Below, in pieces: positions 17,685 through 26,402 of a stretch of DNA of 49,845 nt; positions within the stretch are counted from its first letter, which is position 1, and each line of letters opens with the position of its first letter. The stretch spans positions 1 to 49,845 of the forward strand of contig JAIPIN010000002.1 in the NCBI GenBank assembly GCA_021734665.1. Direction: 5' to 3'. The stretch comes from Kiritimatiellales bacterium (lineage in GTDB: Bacteria > Patescibacteriota > Gracilibacteria > Peribacterales > Peribacteraceae). Made by a program: the position numbers and the translations under genes. Below the pieces are notes generated by a model. The model was given only the letters and a program-made list of their open reading frames with translations. It made no database searches and was not told the DNA's origin.

Positions 17685-17772
17685 ATAAAGAGAATTAATT
17701 GTCAATTGTCCATTTTCCATTGTCAATTGAACCTCAGGTAAGCCGTTAGCTGAAATATTATATGACATAATA

Positions 17773-18624
17773 TTAACGTTTACGTTTCTTATGGGTACGA
17801 CGACGAACAATAAGCTTATTGGAATCCTTTTTGGCTTTGCGAGTTTTAACACCCAATGCCTTCTTGCCCCATGGGGTCTTTGGCCCCTTCTTGATACCAA
17901 TAGGTGAATGTCCTTCTCCTCCTCCATGTGGATGGTCTACAGCATTCATAGATTTTCCAAGAACCTGTGGACGACGACCAAGCCAACGCATGCGCCCTGC
18001 TTTTCCAATACGCACCAAGTTGTGTTCAGGATTACTTACAGTACCAATAGTTGCACTACAAGTAGAGCGAACTTTGCGCACTTCTCCACTTGGCAACTGA
18101 ATAAGTGCAAAGTCTCCATCTATACCCATAAGTGTTGCAGCTGTTCCAGCAGATCTAACGATCTGTCCTCCTTTTCCTAAAGTTAGCTCGATGTTGTAGA
18201 TCTTGTATCCAGAAGGAATGTATTTAAGTTGCATTCGATTGCCTGGCTTTACCTTGGTACGCTCACCACAAACAACTTGATCCCCAACCACCAAATTCTC
18301 TGGAGCTAAAATGTAACGCTTAGCTCCGTCTACATAATGAAGAAGAGCAATAGAAGCTGTGCGGTTTGGATCATATTCAAGAGCGGCTACCTTTGCTGGT
18401 ACACCCGCCTTGTCTGTACGTTTGAAATCAATATCTCGCAACAAACGTTTGTGTCCACCTCCGCGATGACGGATTGTTAGTCTTCCTGCGCTGTTACGAC
18501 CAGAGATACGCTTTTTCCCCTTACTCAAGCCCTTTTCTGGCCTCTTTTTGGTAAGGTGATCGGTCGACATGAAGGTCATGCGACGTCGTGCGGGGCTCGT
18601 TGGTTTTACTTTTTTTAAAGGCAT
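17773..18624 (-). CDS. rplB: 50S ribosomal protein L2 (uL2)
   Basis: 283 aa with [19 protein letters not shown] and [19 protein letters not shown]. Confidence 0.95.
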   Translation of the reverse strand: MPLKKVKPTSPARRRMTFMSTDHLTKKRPEKGLSKGKKRISGRNSAGRLTIRHRGGGHKRLLRDIDFKRTDKAGVPAKVAALEYDPNRTASIALLHYVDGAKRYILAPENLVVGDQVVCGERTKVKPGNRMQLKYIPSGYKIYNIELTLGKGGQIVRSAGTAATLMGIDGDFALIQLPSGEVRKVRSTCSATIGTVSNPEHNLVRIGKAGRMRWLGRRPQVLGKSMNAVDHPHGGGEGHSPIGIKKGPKTPWGKKALGVKTRKAKKDSNKLIVRRRTHKKRKR

Positions 18625-18917
18625 TATATTTTGAAGGTAGCAATATCAAGTGTCTTACTCTGCTTACTAATGGTCACCATAACCTTCTTGTAAGGATTGC
18701 GTTTCTGCATAATTCCACGACGTGATGCTCTCTTCTTAGAAACTACTCTCATCACACGAACCTTTTCGGCTTCCACATCGTAGAATCGTTTTAGTGCAGC
18801 TTTGATATCAATCTTTGTAGCTGCATTATCAACTTTAAGAGTATATGTACGACTCCCCTTAAGACGTTCTGCCTTCTCTGTAACTATTGGGCCGAGGATG
18901 ACACGTGATAGATCCAT
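18624..18917 (-). CDS. rplW: 50S ribosomal protein L23 (uL23)
   Basis: 97 aa with [35 protein letters not shown]. Confidence 0.92.
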   Translation of the reverse strand: MDLSRVILGPIVTEKAERLKGSRTYTLKVDNAATKIDIKAALKRFYDVEAEKVRVMRVVSKKRASRRGIMQKRNPYKKVMVTISKQSKTLDIATFKI

Positions 18918-18925
18918 ATATAGGG

Positions 18926-19729
18926 TTAGGGCTTGGGCTGGGGCTTGGAAGTAGACTTATTAACTGTAGCTTTTTTAGCTGAAACTTTAGCTGGTTTCTT
19001 TGTCTCTTTTTTTTCTTTTTCCTCCTTTACCTCTTTTTCCTCTTTCTTGTCCACCGTAGCTTTAGCGGAGGTGGATGTCTCCTTTTTCTCTTTTGCCTCC
19101 TTCGTCCCAAACACCTCCTCTGCCTTCTTGATAGCATCTACCAAGAACACAATATGGAATGACTTAAGCACATCTTCAGGATTCAAATATGCAACCTGAA
19201 CTGTCTTCACCCTTGTAATATTGCGTGCTGATAGAGCCAATCCTTCGTGCTTCTTATCTGTAACAAGAAGAATGTGCCTACCAATATTTGTAGGTAGTTT
19301 TTCTAATAGCTTCATTAGATCTTTTGTCTTAATTGTATCTGGGTAACTCTCTAATCCAATTATCTTTCCGCTCTTTGCCTGCATAGAAAGACAAGAGAAC
19401 AATGCCCGCCTGCGCATTGCACGAGGCATATTCTTGATAAAATTAGCATTATTGAGCGGGCCAAATGCCTTATTGCCTCCGCGCAAAAGTGGGCTTCTTA
19501 CTGAACCACGACGTGCGCGACCTGTTCCTTTTTGAGCGAATAATTTGCGTGTAGATCCTTGAATCTCACCTCTATTCTTAGTATGAGCAACTGGAGCTCT
19601 GCGATTACTTTGCTGACGAACCAATGCTTGGTGCATTAGTCCCTCATTAATAGGTGACTCAAATAATTCTTTAGGGAGAGTAAGTGTCCCCTTTTTTGTA
19701 CCCGTTGATGTATATACATCTATATTCAT
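18926..19729 (-). CDS. rplD: 50S ribosomal protein L4 (uL4) with a Lys/Glu-rich tail
   Basis: 267 aa with HQALVRQQSNRRAPVAHTKNRGEIQGSTRKLFAQKGTGRARRGS. The tail is KEAKEKKETSTS...KPQPKP. Confidence 0.92.
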   Translation of the reverse strand: MNIDVYTSTGTKKGTLTLPKELFESPINEGLMHQALVRQQSNRRAPVAHTKNRGEIQGSTRKLFAQKGTGRARRGSVRSPLLRGGNKAFGPLNNANFIKNMPRAMRRRALFSCLSMQAKSGKIIGLESYPDTIKTKDLMKLLEKLPTNIGRHILLVTDKKHEGLALSARNITRVKTVQVAYLNPEDVLKSFHIVFLVDAIKKAEEVFGTKEAKEKKETSTSAKATVDKKEEKEVKEEKEKKETKKPAKVSAKKATVNKSTSKPQPKP

Positions 19730-20340
19730 GATTCTTTAGGAGATGAATCAACAGTAACAAATAAATTAGCACCATTAGGACCCGGAACTGGGCCTTTAAT
19801 GCACAAAATTCCCTTCTCCGGATCACAAAAAACCACCGGACGACGCTTAAGGGTTATTGTTTGATTCCCCATCTGTCCTGGCAATTTTTTGCCTTTCATA
19901 ACTCTTCCTGGGAATGCACACATTCCTACGGATCCTGGGCGACGATGACTATGTGAACCATGTGTCTTAGGACCCCCATGGAATCCGTGTCTCTTCATTA
20001 CACCTTGGAATCCTTTTCCTTTACTTGTGCCAGAAATTGTAACAAGACTTTCTACAGGAATTGTGGCAGCAGTTAGCTCTTTTCCTGGATCCAATCCTTC
20101 TAGTGAATCTACCTGCCATTCCTTTTGTAATTCATAACGCGTGTGCTCATTACCTTTACGTGTTTTCCATTGTTTGGCTCCAATACCCAAAACAACCGCA
20201 TTATAGCCATCTTTAGCCTCTGTCTTTGTTCGAACGACAACATTAGGCTTAATCTCTAAATATGTAACAGGTATTGCCTCCCCACTTTCTAGGAAGAGTC
20301 GTGACATGCCGACTTTTTTGGCAATAAGTCCTTGAGACAT
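19726..20340 (-). CDS. rplC: 50S ribosomal protein L3 (uL3)
   Basis: 204 aa with GLIAKKVGMSRLF and SKGKGFQGVMKRHGFHGGPKTHGSHSHRRPGS. It makes an ATGA overlap with rplD, using TGA as a stop. Confidence 0.95.
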   Translation of the reverse strand: MSQGLIAKKVGMSRLFLESGEAIPVTYLEIKPNVVVRTKTEAKDGYNAVVLGIGAKQWKTRKGNEHTRYELQKEWQVDSLEGLDPGKELTAATIPVESLVTISGTSKGKGFQGVMKRHGFHGGPKTHGSHSHRRPGSVGMCAFPGRVMKGKKLPGQMGNQTITLKRRPVVFCDPEKGILCIKGPVPGPNGANLFVTVDSSPKES

Positions 20341-20363
20341 TGGATAAGCTTGGAGGTTCCTGC

Positions 20364-20447
20364 AGACTGCTTATTCATCGGATGAAGGCAGTCTTGAACA
20401 TAAGCGAGTCTTCGCGACGCCACACTTGGCTTGCGAAGGCTTCTCGC
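20364..20447 (-). promoter_or_regulatory. GC-rich two-hairpin leader upstream of rplC (GCGAAG family, copy iii)
   Basis: Hairpin A is AGACTGC...GCAGTCT (20364-20394), with an inner TCATC/GATGA pairing. Hairpin B is GCGAG.TCTTCGC...GCGAAGGCTTCTCGC (20404-20447). The element lies 24-107 nt upstream of the rplC start. Confidence 0.4.
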
Positions 20448-20474
20448 ATCAACAAAGCAACTGTACCTGCATTT

Positions 20475-21317
20475 TTAAACGCAGGTCAACGATTTTGCCA
20501 GGTTTGTTTGGAGGGCTGCCGAGCCGTGTTTTTTGAACCATGCCTTTTGTGCTTTATTGAGCACCTTTGCATATTCATACAATTCTTGAGCATATGGGAG
20601 TGACATACGAATATAATGCTTCATATCTTCCAATTCTTGCTCTGACATTTCTATATACGAACGAACACTCACATTTTCTCTCCACATATGACTAACAGGT
20701 ACACCCATTAACGTGTAACAAATCGAAAAATCTTCGCTCTGTTCCATGAGACCTACAAACGCACATTCATCTAATACACATTTTGCACTTTGAAAGTGAT
20801 CCCATGTTGGCAAGAACTGCTCTCCTGTATGAAGATCTGTACAATATTCAAGTACATACCCCACATGATTCATATCTTTATATCCTTTTCTATATTCAAA
20901 CCACTGCCTTAACGAACGTATCTCCCCGTTTTCCGAGAACAAGCCCCAGTGTCGTTCGGTGTGATTTTCCTCGTCATACTGTCGTCGGAAAAAATTATAC
21001 AAAGATAAAATGCGGTCAACAGGATCTCTGAGAAATACAACTCTCATCACATCCCTATCTTCAAAAAAATTCTCAATTTCTTCCATATAAACATTATGTC
21101 CAAATACTGCACGCACTCTATTTTGCTCTTCCTGTGTCATATCGCGAAAATGATCTATAGCTTTCACTCCCTCGACTGTATTGTACGCCGAAATAATTTC
21201 TCCTTCTTCGCAATTGCGTACCATGTGATGACAGATTGTGGTACCTCCGGTCTTTGGTATATGGAGAAATGCGAATAGTGGCCTATGTTGCTCTGATGCA
21301 TTATCCATATAATCCAC
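20475..21317 (-). CDS. sulfotransferase (Sulfotransfer_2-like), paralogue of the C-terminal domain of the upstream ABC ATPase
   Basis: 280 aa. The 5'-PSB-like motif is FLHIPKTGGTT and the 3'-PB-like motif is FLRDPVDRILSLYNF. It aligns end to end with aa 270-550 of ORF 21384-23036. Confidence 0.75.
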   Translation of the reverse strand: MDYMDNASEQHRPLFAFLHIPKTGGTTICHHMVRNCEEGEIISAYNTVEGVKAIDHFRDMTQEEQNRVRAVFGHNVYMEEIENFFEDRDVMRVVFLRDPVDRILSLYNFFRRQYDEENHTERHWGLFSENGEIRSLRQWFEYRKGYKDMNHVGYVLEYCTDLHTGEQFLPTWDHFQSAKCVLDECAFVGLMEQSEDFSICYTLMGVPVSHMWRENVSVRSYIEMSEQELEDMKHYIRMSLPYAQELYEYAKVLNKAQKAWFKKHGSAALQTNLAKSLTCV

Positions 21318-21383
21318 TCAAATATAACAAACTATCCAAGTAACACCAAACATCAGATGTATAACCATGAATACATGAAATTA

Positions 21384-23036
21384 TCACGAAACAGGTTGTA
21401 CGGATTTTATATGTACAGAGCTTGCCACTCCTGCATTGCTCACATCTTTTTGACAATGAAGAAATTGTTCTTTTTGTTTTATTATCTTATTAAGCTCTTT
21501 TGCATATTCATACAACTCCCAATCGTAAGGCAAAACAGAGCGAGCATACGTTTTTAACTCGTCCATGGTCCTAAATCCGGACTCTTCAAGTGTAATATAC
21601 GATCGTGGTGTTACATTGATCTTATACGGATGCCCCTGTTTGATACCAAGCAATGAATACAGAATATCGTAATCTTCGCTCTGCTCTGTAATACCCACAA
21701 ACGAAAATTGCCTTAGAATCGCTTTGAGTGACTCAAAATGTTGCGCAGTAATGCCACCCTTTGCAGGAACGGAAATATAAAACCAGCGCAAAAAGAATCC
21801 GACGGGACTAAGAATATGATTAGGGTTTGTTTCGGTGTCTAACCATTCACGAAATAATCTCACACTCCCATCACTACGAAAGAGATTGGTATAAATACCT
21901 GGCTGACCAGTGCGATCATATTCACTACGATGATAATTGTATTTCGAAATAAGACGCTCGGCAGGATCTCTCAAAAATGTAACATATCGCAATGCTCTCT
22001 CGGGGAAACACTTTGCAACCAATTCGGAACGAAGATCGTGCGAAAATAATACCTGTACCTTTTTACAATCTTTCCAAGACAGCGCGGCAAATTTTTCCTG
22101 CGCTTTCGGATCACTTTCAGATGTGCGATAGTACGACCATACCGTATCTTTCGGCAGACTATTAACAACATGTTCTCTAATTGTAAGTCCTCCAGTTTTT
22201 GGAACATGCACAAAAACCGTAAGCGGCTTACCATGCCAAACACCTCGTATATGCACAGAAGGATGAATCGGCACATTGTGCTTCACAGCAATGCTAAATG
22301 CCTTGCTGCTATACTCCTCATATGCCATGAGTACCTCTGCAGACGCACCATACATCTGCACTTTTCCCTTATCAATCCAAAGCACTTTATCAGCAAATTC
22401 TTGCATAAATTCCGAACTGTGCCCTGTCATAACCACAGTTGCCTCGCTACTTACAAGTTCCGCCATACGATTACGACTTTTATTTCTGAATTGCAAATCA
22501 CCAGTTGCAAACACCTCATCCAATAAGAGAATTTCCGGCTCCAAATGTGCCGCAATAGCAAAAGCTAATCGAGCAGTCATACCACTGGAAAACTTATACC
22601 AATGCACATCCACAAAATCTTCCAATTCAGAAAACGCCACAATTGAATCAAATTTTTCCGATATAGCCTCCCGTGACAACCCAAGCAAAGAACCTATTAA
22701 ATAAATGTTATCGCGCATCGTTAGCTTTGGCTCCGCACCAACAGCAGTACTAATCAGTGGCACTAAATTACCATGTGTACATACATCTCCACTGGTAGGA
22801 GGATATATGCCAGCCAACAGCCTCAGAAGAGTAGTTTTCCCAGATCCGTTGCGACCAATAATTCCAAGTACCTCTCCTTGCCGCAAGGTAAGAGATACAT
22901 TATCTAGTGCTCTGATCTTGCGCGGCATACTCGATCCTTTTACTGCTCCAACCACTTTTGCCAAAATTGTCCCCTCCTCTTGTAAGATGAAATCCTTAGT
23001 AAGATTGCGTGCCAAAATTGAAATATTCAACGTCAT
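21384..23036 (-). CDS. polysaccharide/teichoic-acid type ABC transporter ATP-binding protein (Wzt/TagH-like) fused to a C-terminal sulfotransferase domain
   Basis: 550 aa with Walker A GRNGSGKTT, signature FSSGMTARLAFA, Walker B ILLLDE and H-loop TGHS. VFVHVPKTGGLT and FLRDPAERLISKYNY follow. It overlaps the ABC-2 permease gene by 4 nt. Confidence 0.85.
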   Translation of the reverse strand: MTLNISILARNLTKDFILQEEGTILAKVVGAVKGSSMPRKIRALDNVSLTLRQGEVLGIIGRNGSGKTTLLRLLAGIYPPTSGDVCTHGNLVPLISTAVGAEPKLTMRDNIYLIGSLLGLSREAISEKFDSIVAFSELEDFVDVHWYKFSSGMTARLAFAIAAHLEPEILLLDEVFATGDLQFRNKSRNRMAELVSSEATVVMTGHSSEFMQEFADKVLWIDKGKVQMYGASAEVLMAYEEYSSKAFSIAVKHNVPIHPSVHIRGVWHGKPLTVFVHVPKTGGLTIREHVVNSLPKDTVWSYYRTSESDPKAQEKFAALSWKDCKKVQVLFSHDLRSELVAKCFPERALRYVTFLRDPAERLISKYNYHRSEYDRTGQPGIYTNLFRSDGSVRLFREWLDTETNPNHILSPVGFFLRWFYISVPAKGGITAQHFESLKAILRQFSFVGITEQSEDYDILYSLLGIKQGHPYKINVTPRSYITLEESGFRTMDELKTYARSVLPYDWELYEYAKELNKIIKQKEQFLHCQKDVSNAGVASSVHIKSVQPVS

Positions 23037-23782
23037 ACGTATTCAGCGAATTTAGGTGAAATTCGATTAAAAATTACGCTTCCCACACCGTAAACCACCA
23101 ATGCAAAACAAGCAAAAATTCCGAGTAAAAGTAAGTCTGGTACTCTGGAATAAACAAGAACATCTCGCGATAATTCAATGGAATAAAACATTGGATTAAA
23201 CATGCTAACCTTTTCACCTGGTCCTCCCGGATGCAACATATAAAAAATAGGTGTTGCAAACCACCACGCACGCATTAGCACAGACCATACCTGTCCCAGA
23301 TCACGAAATATAAAATGCAAAGAAGAAAGCATGAGGCCAACACCAAACGTAAATATAAATTGAAATGCGAGAAGAATAGGAAAAAACAATGCTGTTACAG
23401 ATAAGGACCCATTATAAATAAGAAATACCGACAACAGCAGAAGTTCAAAAATATGCGAGAAAAAAACATCCAGTACTACCGATAAAACAATGTGCCTTTT
23501 ATTTACAGGCAAAGATTTAATAAGTGTAGCTTCTCCCATAACAGCATTAAGAGATTGCGATGTTGCAGCACTAAAGAAATTCCATACCACCACTCCCGTA
23601 AGAAGATACGAAGAATAATGCTCAATATTACTACCCAAACGCGCAGAAAAAACTAACAAGAGAATGATAAATGTTAACAATGGTCCCAACAAATACCAGA
23701 AAACACCCAAAAAACTCCCTTCGTTACGCAATTTGAAACGCGCTTTTGTCAGTTCGAAAATGAAATCAAAATTCTTATGCAT
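23033..23782 (-). CDS. ABC-2 type transporter permease (Wzm/TagG-like)
   Basis: 249 aa with six hydrophobic segments. The N-terminus ELTKARFKLRNEGSFLGVFWYLLGPL is typical of ABC-2 polysaccharide exporters. It is coupled to the ATPase gene. Confidence 0.85.
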   Translation of the reverse strand: MHKNFDFIFELTKARFKLRNEGSFLGVFWYLLGPLLTFIILLLVFSARLGSNIEHYSSYLLTGVVVWNFFSAATSQSLNAVMGEATLIKSLPVNKRHIVLSVVLDVFFSHIFELLLLSVFLIYNGSLSVTALFFPILLAFQFIFTFGVGLMLSSLHFIFRDLGQVWSVLMRAWWFATPIFYMLHPGGPGEKVSMFNPMFYSIELSRDVLVYSRVPDLLLLGIFACFALVVYGVGSVIFNRISPKFAEYV

Positions 23783-23874
23783 ACAAGCGCGTTGAGCGAA
23801 AATAGATAATTAGTACGCTCTACATTCTTCACCATTTGCACTGCAATGTCGACCTAACAATTGATAATTGATCA

Positions 23875-23972
23875 TTCCCCTTTCCCCTTTCCCCTTTCCC
23901 TTTCCCCTTTTCCCTTTCCTCTTTTCCCTTTCACTTTTCACTTTTAACTATTCACTCTTCACTCTTCACTCT
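23875..23972 (+). repeat. polypyrimidine tract: a 58-nt uninterrupted C/T run of (CCCTTT)-like words, then (CACTCTT/CACTTTT) words
   Basis: Read directly. Positions 23875-23932 contain only C and T. Up to 23972 only scattered A and no G occur. It ends 13 nt before the lysK ATG. Confidence 0.9.
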
Positions 23973-23985
23973 ATAAGCTATCCAC

Positions 23986-25575
23986 ATGTCTTGGGTTGAT
24001 CCGATAGTCGGCGAAATACAAGAGCGCCTTGCGGAAAAAATTGCGAGCAAGGAGCCACTCATTATTCGTGATGAAAAAACTCTATCAGGCAAAGTTCACG
24101 TAGGCTCACTACGCGGAATTGTAATTCATGGACTTATTGCACAAGCTCTAAACGAAAAAGGGATTGAGAATGATTTTAAATTTGAATTAAATGACTTTGA
24201 TCCAATGGACGGACTACCTGTATATGTAGACCAAAATGAATATAAGAAACACATGGGAAAACCATTATTTACAGTTCCATCTTTTGAACCAAATGCAGAA
24301 AACTATCCAATGGTGTTTGGTGATGAATTAAAAGAAGTAGTTCAGCCACTTGGGCTACCAATTGATTTTTACCGCTTGCGACCATTATATGAAGCTGGAA
24401 AATTTAATGACGTGATTACCGAATCTCTTGATCACGCCGAAGAAATTAGAACAATTTATCTGGAAGTAAGTGGCGGTGGTAAGCCAAACGATTGGTATCC
24501 ACTTAGTGTTGTATGTGAAAAATGTGGCAAGATAGGAACAACACAAGTAACCGATTGGAATGGCAAACAAGTGACGTATACCTGCAAGAAAGATTTAGTA
24601 GATTGGGCAGAAGGATGCGGACATGAGGGAAAATGCAGTCCATTTGATGGAAATGCAAAACTTCCTTGGAAAGTGGAATGGCCTGCCAAATGGAAAGTTC
24701 TTGGCGTGGATATAGAAGGTGCTGGAAAAGATCATGCTACCTCGGGAGGCTCGCGCGAAATTGCAGCAAGAATTTCTGAAGAAGTCTTTCATTATCCAAA
24801 TCCATTCGATATTCCTTACGAATTCTTTAACTTCCAAGGAAAAAAGATGAGTGCCAGCAAAGGCTTGGGGGCATCGGCAAAAGAGGTAGCAGACATGTTG
24901 CCACCAACAATGCTTAAACTGCTTATGATAAGAAAGCAACCCAATCAACCAATAGATTTTGATCCACAAGGAAAAACCATTCCAAATCTGTTTGATGAAT
25001 ATGATCGCCTTGCTGACCATTACTTTAAACGACATAAAGAACCATTCGAAGGATTCGCACGCACATTCCAACTCGCACATATTAATCCAGCCACGCCACC
25101 CGCAGATCTTTGGCAGATGCGCTTCACTGTATTAAGTTTTGTATTGCAAATGCCGCATTTAGATCTAGAAACCGAGGCTAGCAAGCTTAAGGGAGCTGCA
25201 CTAAATCAAGCTGAAAAGGAGAATCTCAAAGAAAGGGCGTTTTATGTAAGACAGTGGCTGGAAAACTACGCGCCCGACGAGTACAAGTACACGATTCTAT
25301 CCGAAGCACCTGCTGATCTAAACCTTGATGACGAACAGAAGAATGCACTAAAAGAACTTGAAAAGGCTCTATCTGACGAAACATTGCAATGGGAGGGACC
25401 TGCTATTCATGAGTGTATTCATAAAGTAAAAGAAGCAACTGGCATTGAACCAAAAAAGATATTTCAACCTCTTTATCAGATCTTCCTAGGACGTGATCGT
25501 GGGCCGCAAGTGGGGTGGTTTTTGAGTACTTTTTCGCGCGCAGACATGATACAAAGACTAGCCGCCATTTCATGA
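23986..25575 (+). CDS. lysK: lysine--tRNA ligase, class I (archaeal type)
   Basis: 529 aa. The HIGH-region equivalent is SGKVHVGSLRG, KMSKS is present as KMSASKG, and the internal Cys cluster is CEKCGKIGTTQV...CKKDLVDWAEGCGHEGKC. Confidence 0.85.
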   Translation: MSWVDPIVGEIQERLAEKIASKEPLIIRDEKTLSGKVHVGSLRGIVIHGLIAQALNEKGIENDFKFELNDFDPMDGLPVYVDQNEYKKHMGKPLFTVPSFEPNAENYPMVFGDELKEVVQPLGLPIDFYRLRPLYEAGKFNDVITESLDHAEEIRTIYLEVSGGGKPNDWYPLSVVCEKCGKIGTTQVTDWNGKQVTYTCKKDLVDWAEGCGHEGKCSPFDGNAKLPWKVEWPAKWKVLGVDIEGAGKDHATSGGSREIAARISEEVFHYPNPFDIPYEFFNFQGKKMSASKGLGASAKEVADMLPPTMLKLLMIRKQPNQPIDFDPQGKTIPNLFDEYDRLADHYFKRHKEPFEGFARTFQLAHINPATPPADLWQMRFTVLSFVLQMPHLDLETEASKLKGAALNQAEKENLKERAFYVRQWLENYAPDEYKYTILSEAPADLNLDDEQKNALKELEKALSDETLQWEGPAIHECIHKVKEATGIEPKKIFQPLYQIFLGRDRGPQVGWFLSTFSRADMIQRLAAIS

Positions 25576-25581
25576 CACGCC

Positions 25582-26361
25582 ATGTCATTACCAATACAAA
25601 CATCACAAACGCATCCTCATTATACGCGCTGTTGGTTTGTTATTTGTTTTCTGTCTCGTTGTGGTTCATCTCACTTAGTATCTCTTCTTAACAGTCATAA
25701 AAATATTGAGTGCTACTCAGAAGAATTCGCACCAGATCCACATGACGAAACCAAACGTACATTACACCTAACACCCGAAAGGGCACTGCAACGTATACAT
25801 AATATTTATGTAGAACATCCTCTCAGCTCCCATGCCGCTGGATTCAAATTTAAATATCCAGTCCAATTTGGGTTGTATCCAGAAATACATGATTACTTGT
25901 TGCAACACAAAGAACATTTGAAAATTATACAGTTAACACGCAAAAATAGTCTTAAGAGATATGTATCAAACATAAATGCAAAAAATCTCTTCAGCAAAGA
26001 AGGTAAATGGAATGCTTTCCAACACATTTCCGCAACACCACTACACATAGACATTGAAGAATGTAAACGATACATGGAAAATTATGAACAGAACGTCAAA
26101 CAATTAGATACTGCTATCAAAATATTTCCCAACAAACTCTCTATTACGTACGAAGATCTCTTTGAGAACCCCACAGAAACGCTGCGCACCATTTTGACCT
26201 TTCTGGGCGTATCAACAGATGAAAACCTCTCTTCACAAGTCCATAAATATACAACTGATGATCTTGCAAAAGCTGTATCGAATATTGAAGAAGTACAAGC
26301 AGCGTTGTATGGTACGAAATGGCAGGTTTTTCTCCCAAAATCTGCCCCAATCAAAAAATAA
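25582..26361 (+). CDS. NodH/Stf0-like sulfotransferase
   Basis: 259 aa. The PAPS 5'-phosphate loop-like motif is ICFLSRCGSSHLVSLLNSH and the 3'-phosphate motif-like segment is IIQLTRKNSLKRYVSNI. The C-terminal ITYEDLFENPTETLRTILTFLGV follows the layout I recall for NodH. Confidence 0.65.
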   Translation: MSLPIQTSQTHPHYTRCWFVICFLSRCGSSHLVSLLNSHKNIECYSEEFAPDPHDETKRTLHLTPERALQRIHNIYVEHPLSSHAAGFKFKYPVQFGLYPEIHDYLLQHKEHLKIIQLTRKNSLKRYVSNINAKNLFSKEGKWNAFQHISATPLHIDIEECKRYMENYEQNVKQLDTAIKIFPNKLSITYEDLFENPTETLRTILTFLGVSTDENLSSQVHKYTTDDLAKAVSNIEEVQAALYGTKWQVFLPKSAPIKK

Positions 26362-26402
26362 AGACAGTTATTCTCTTTGTTCATTTGTAATCAAAAAAAG
26401 GC

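Noticed and set aside
17631-17927. 98-aa minus-strand ORF
   Set aside because: It spans the repeat-rich rplB-rpsS spacer and overlaps the rplB 3' end out of frame. The sequence is low complexity and spurious.
18918-18945. Telomere-like GGGTTAGGGCTTGGGCTGGGGCTTGG words
   Set aside because: They lie inside rplD and encode its C-terminal ...SKPQPKP-stop on the minus strand. They are coding sequence, not a structural repeat, although related words occur in true spacers at 5005-5035 and 30358-30390.
19726-19729. Alternative genetic code (UGA recoded, as in some CPR lineages)
   Set aside because: rplC terminates at a TGA in the canonical ATGA overlap with rplD, and all conserved genes have normal lengths under the standard code.
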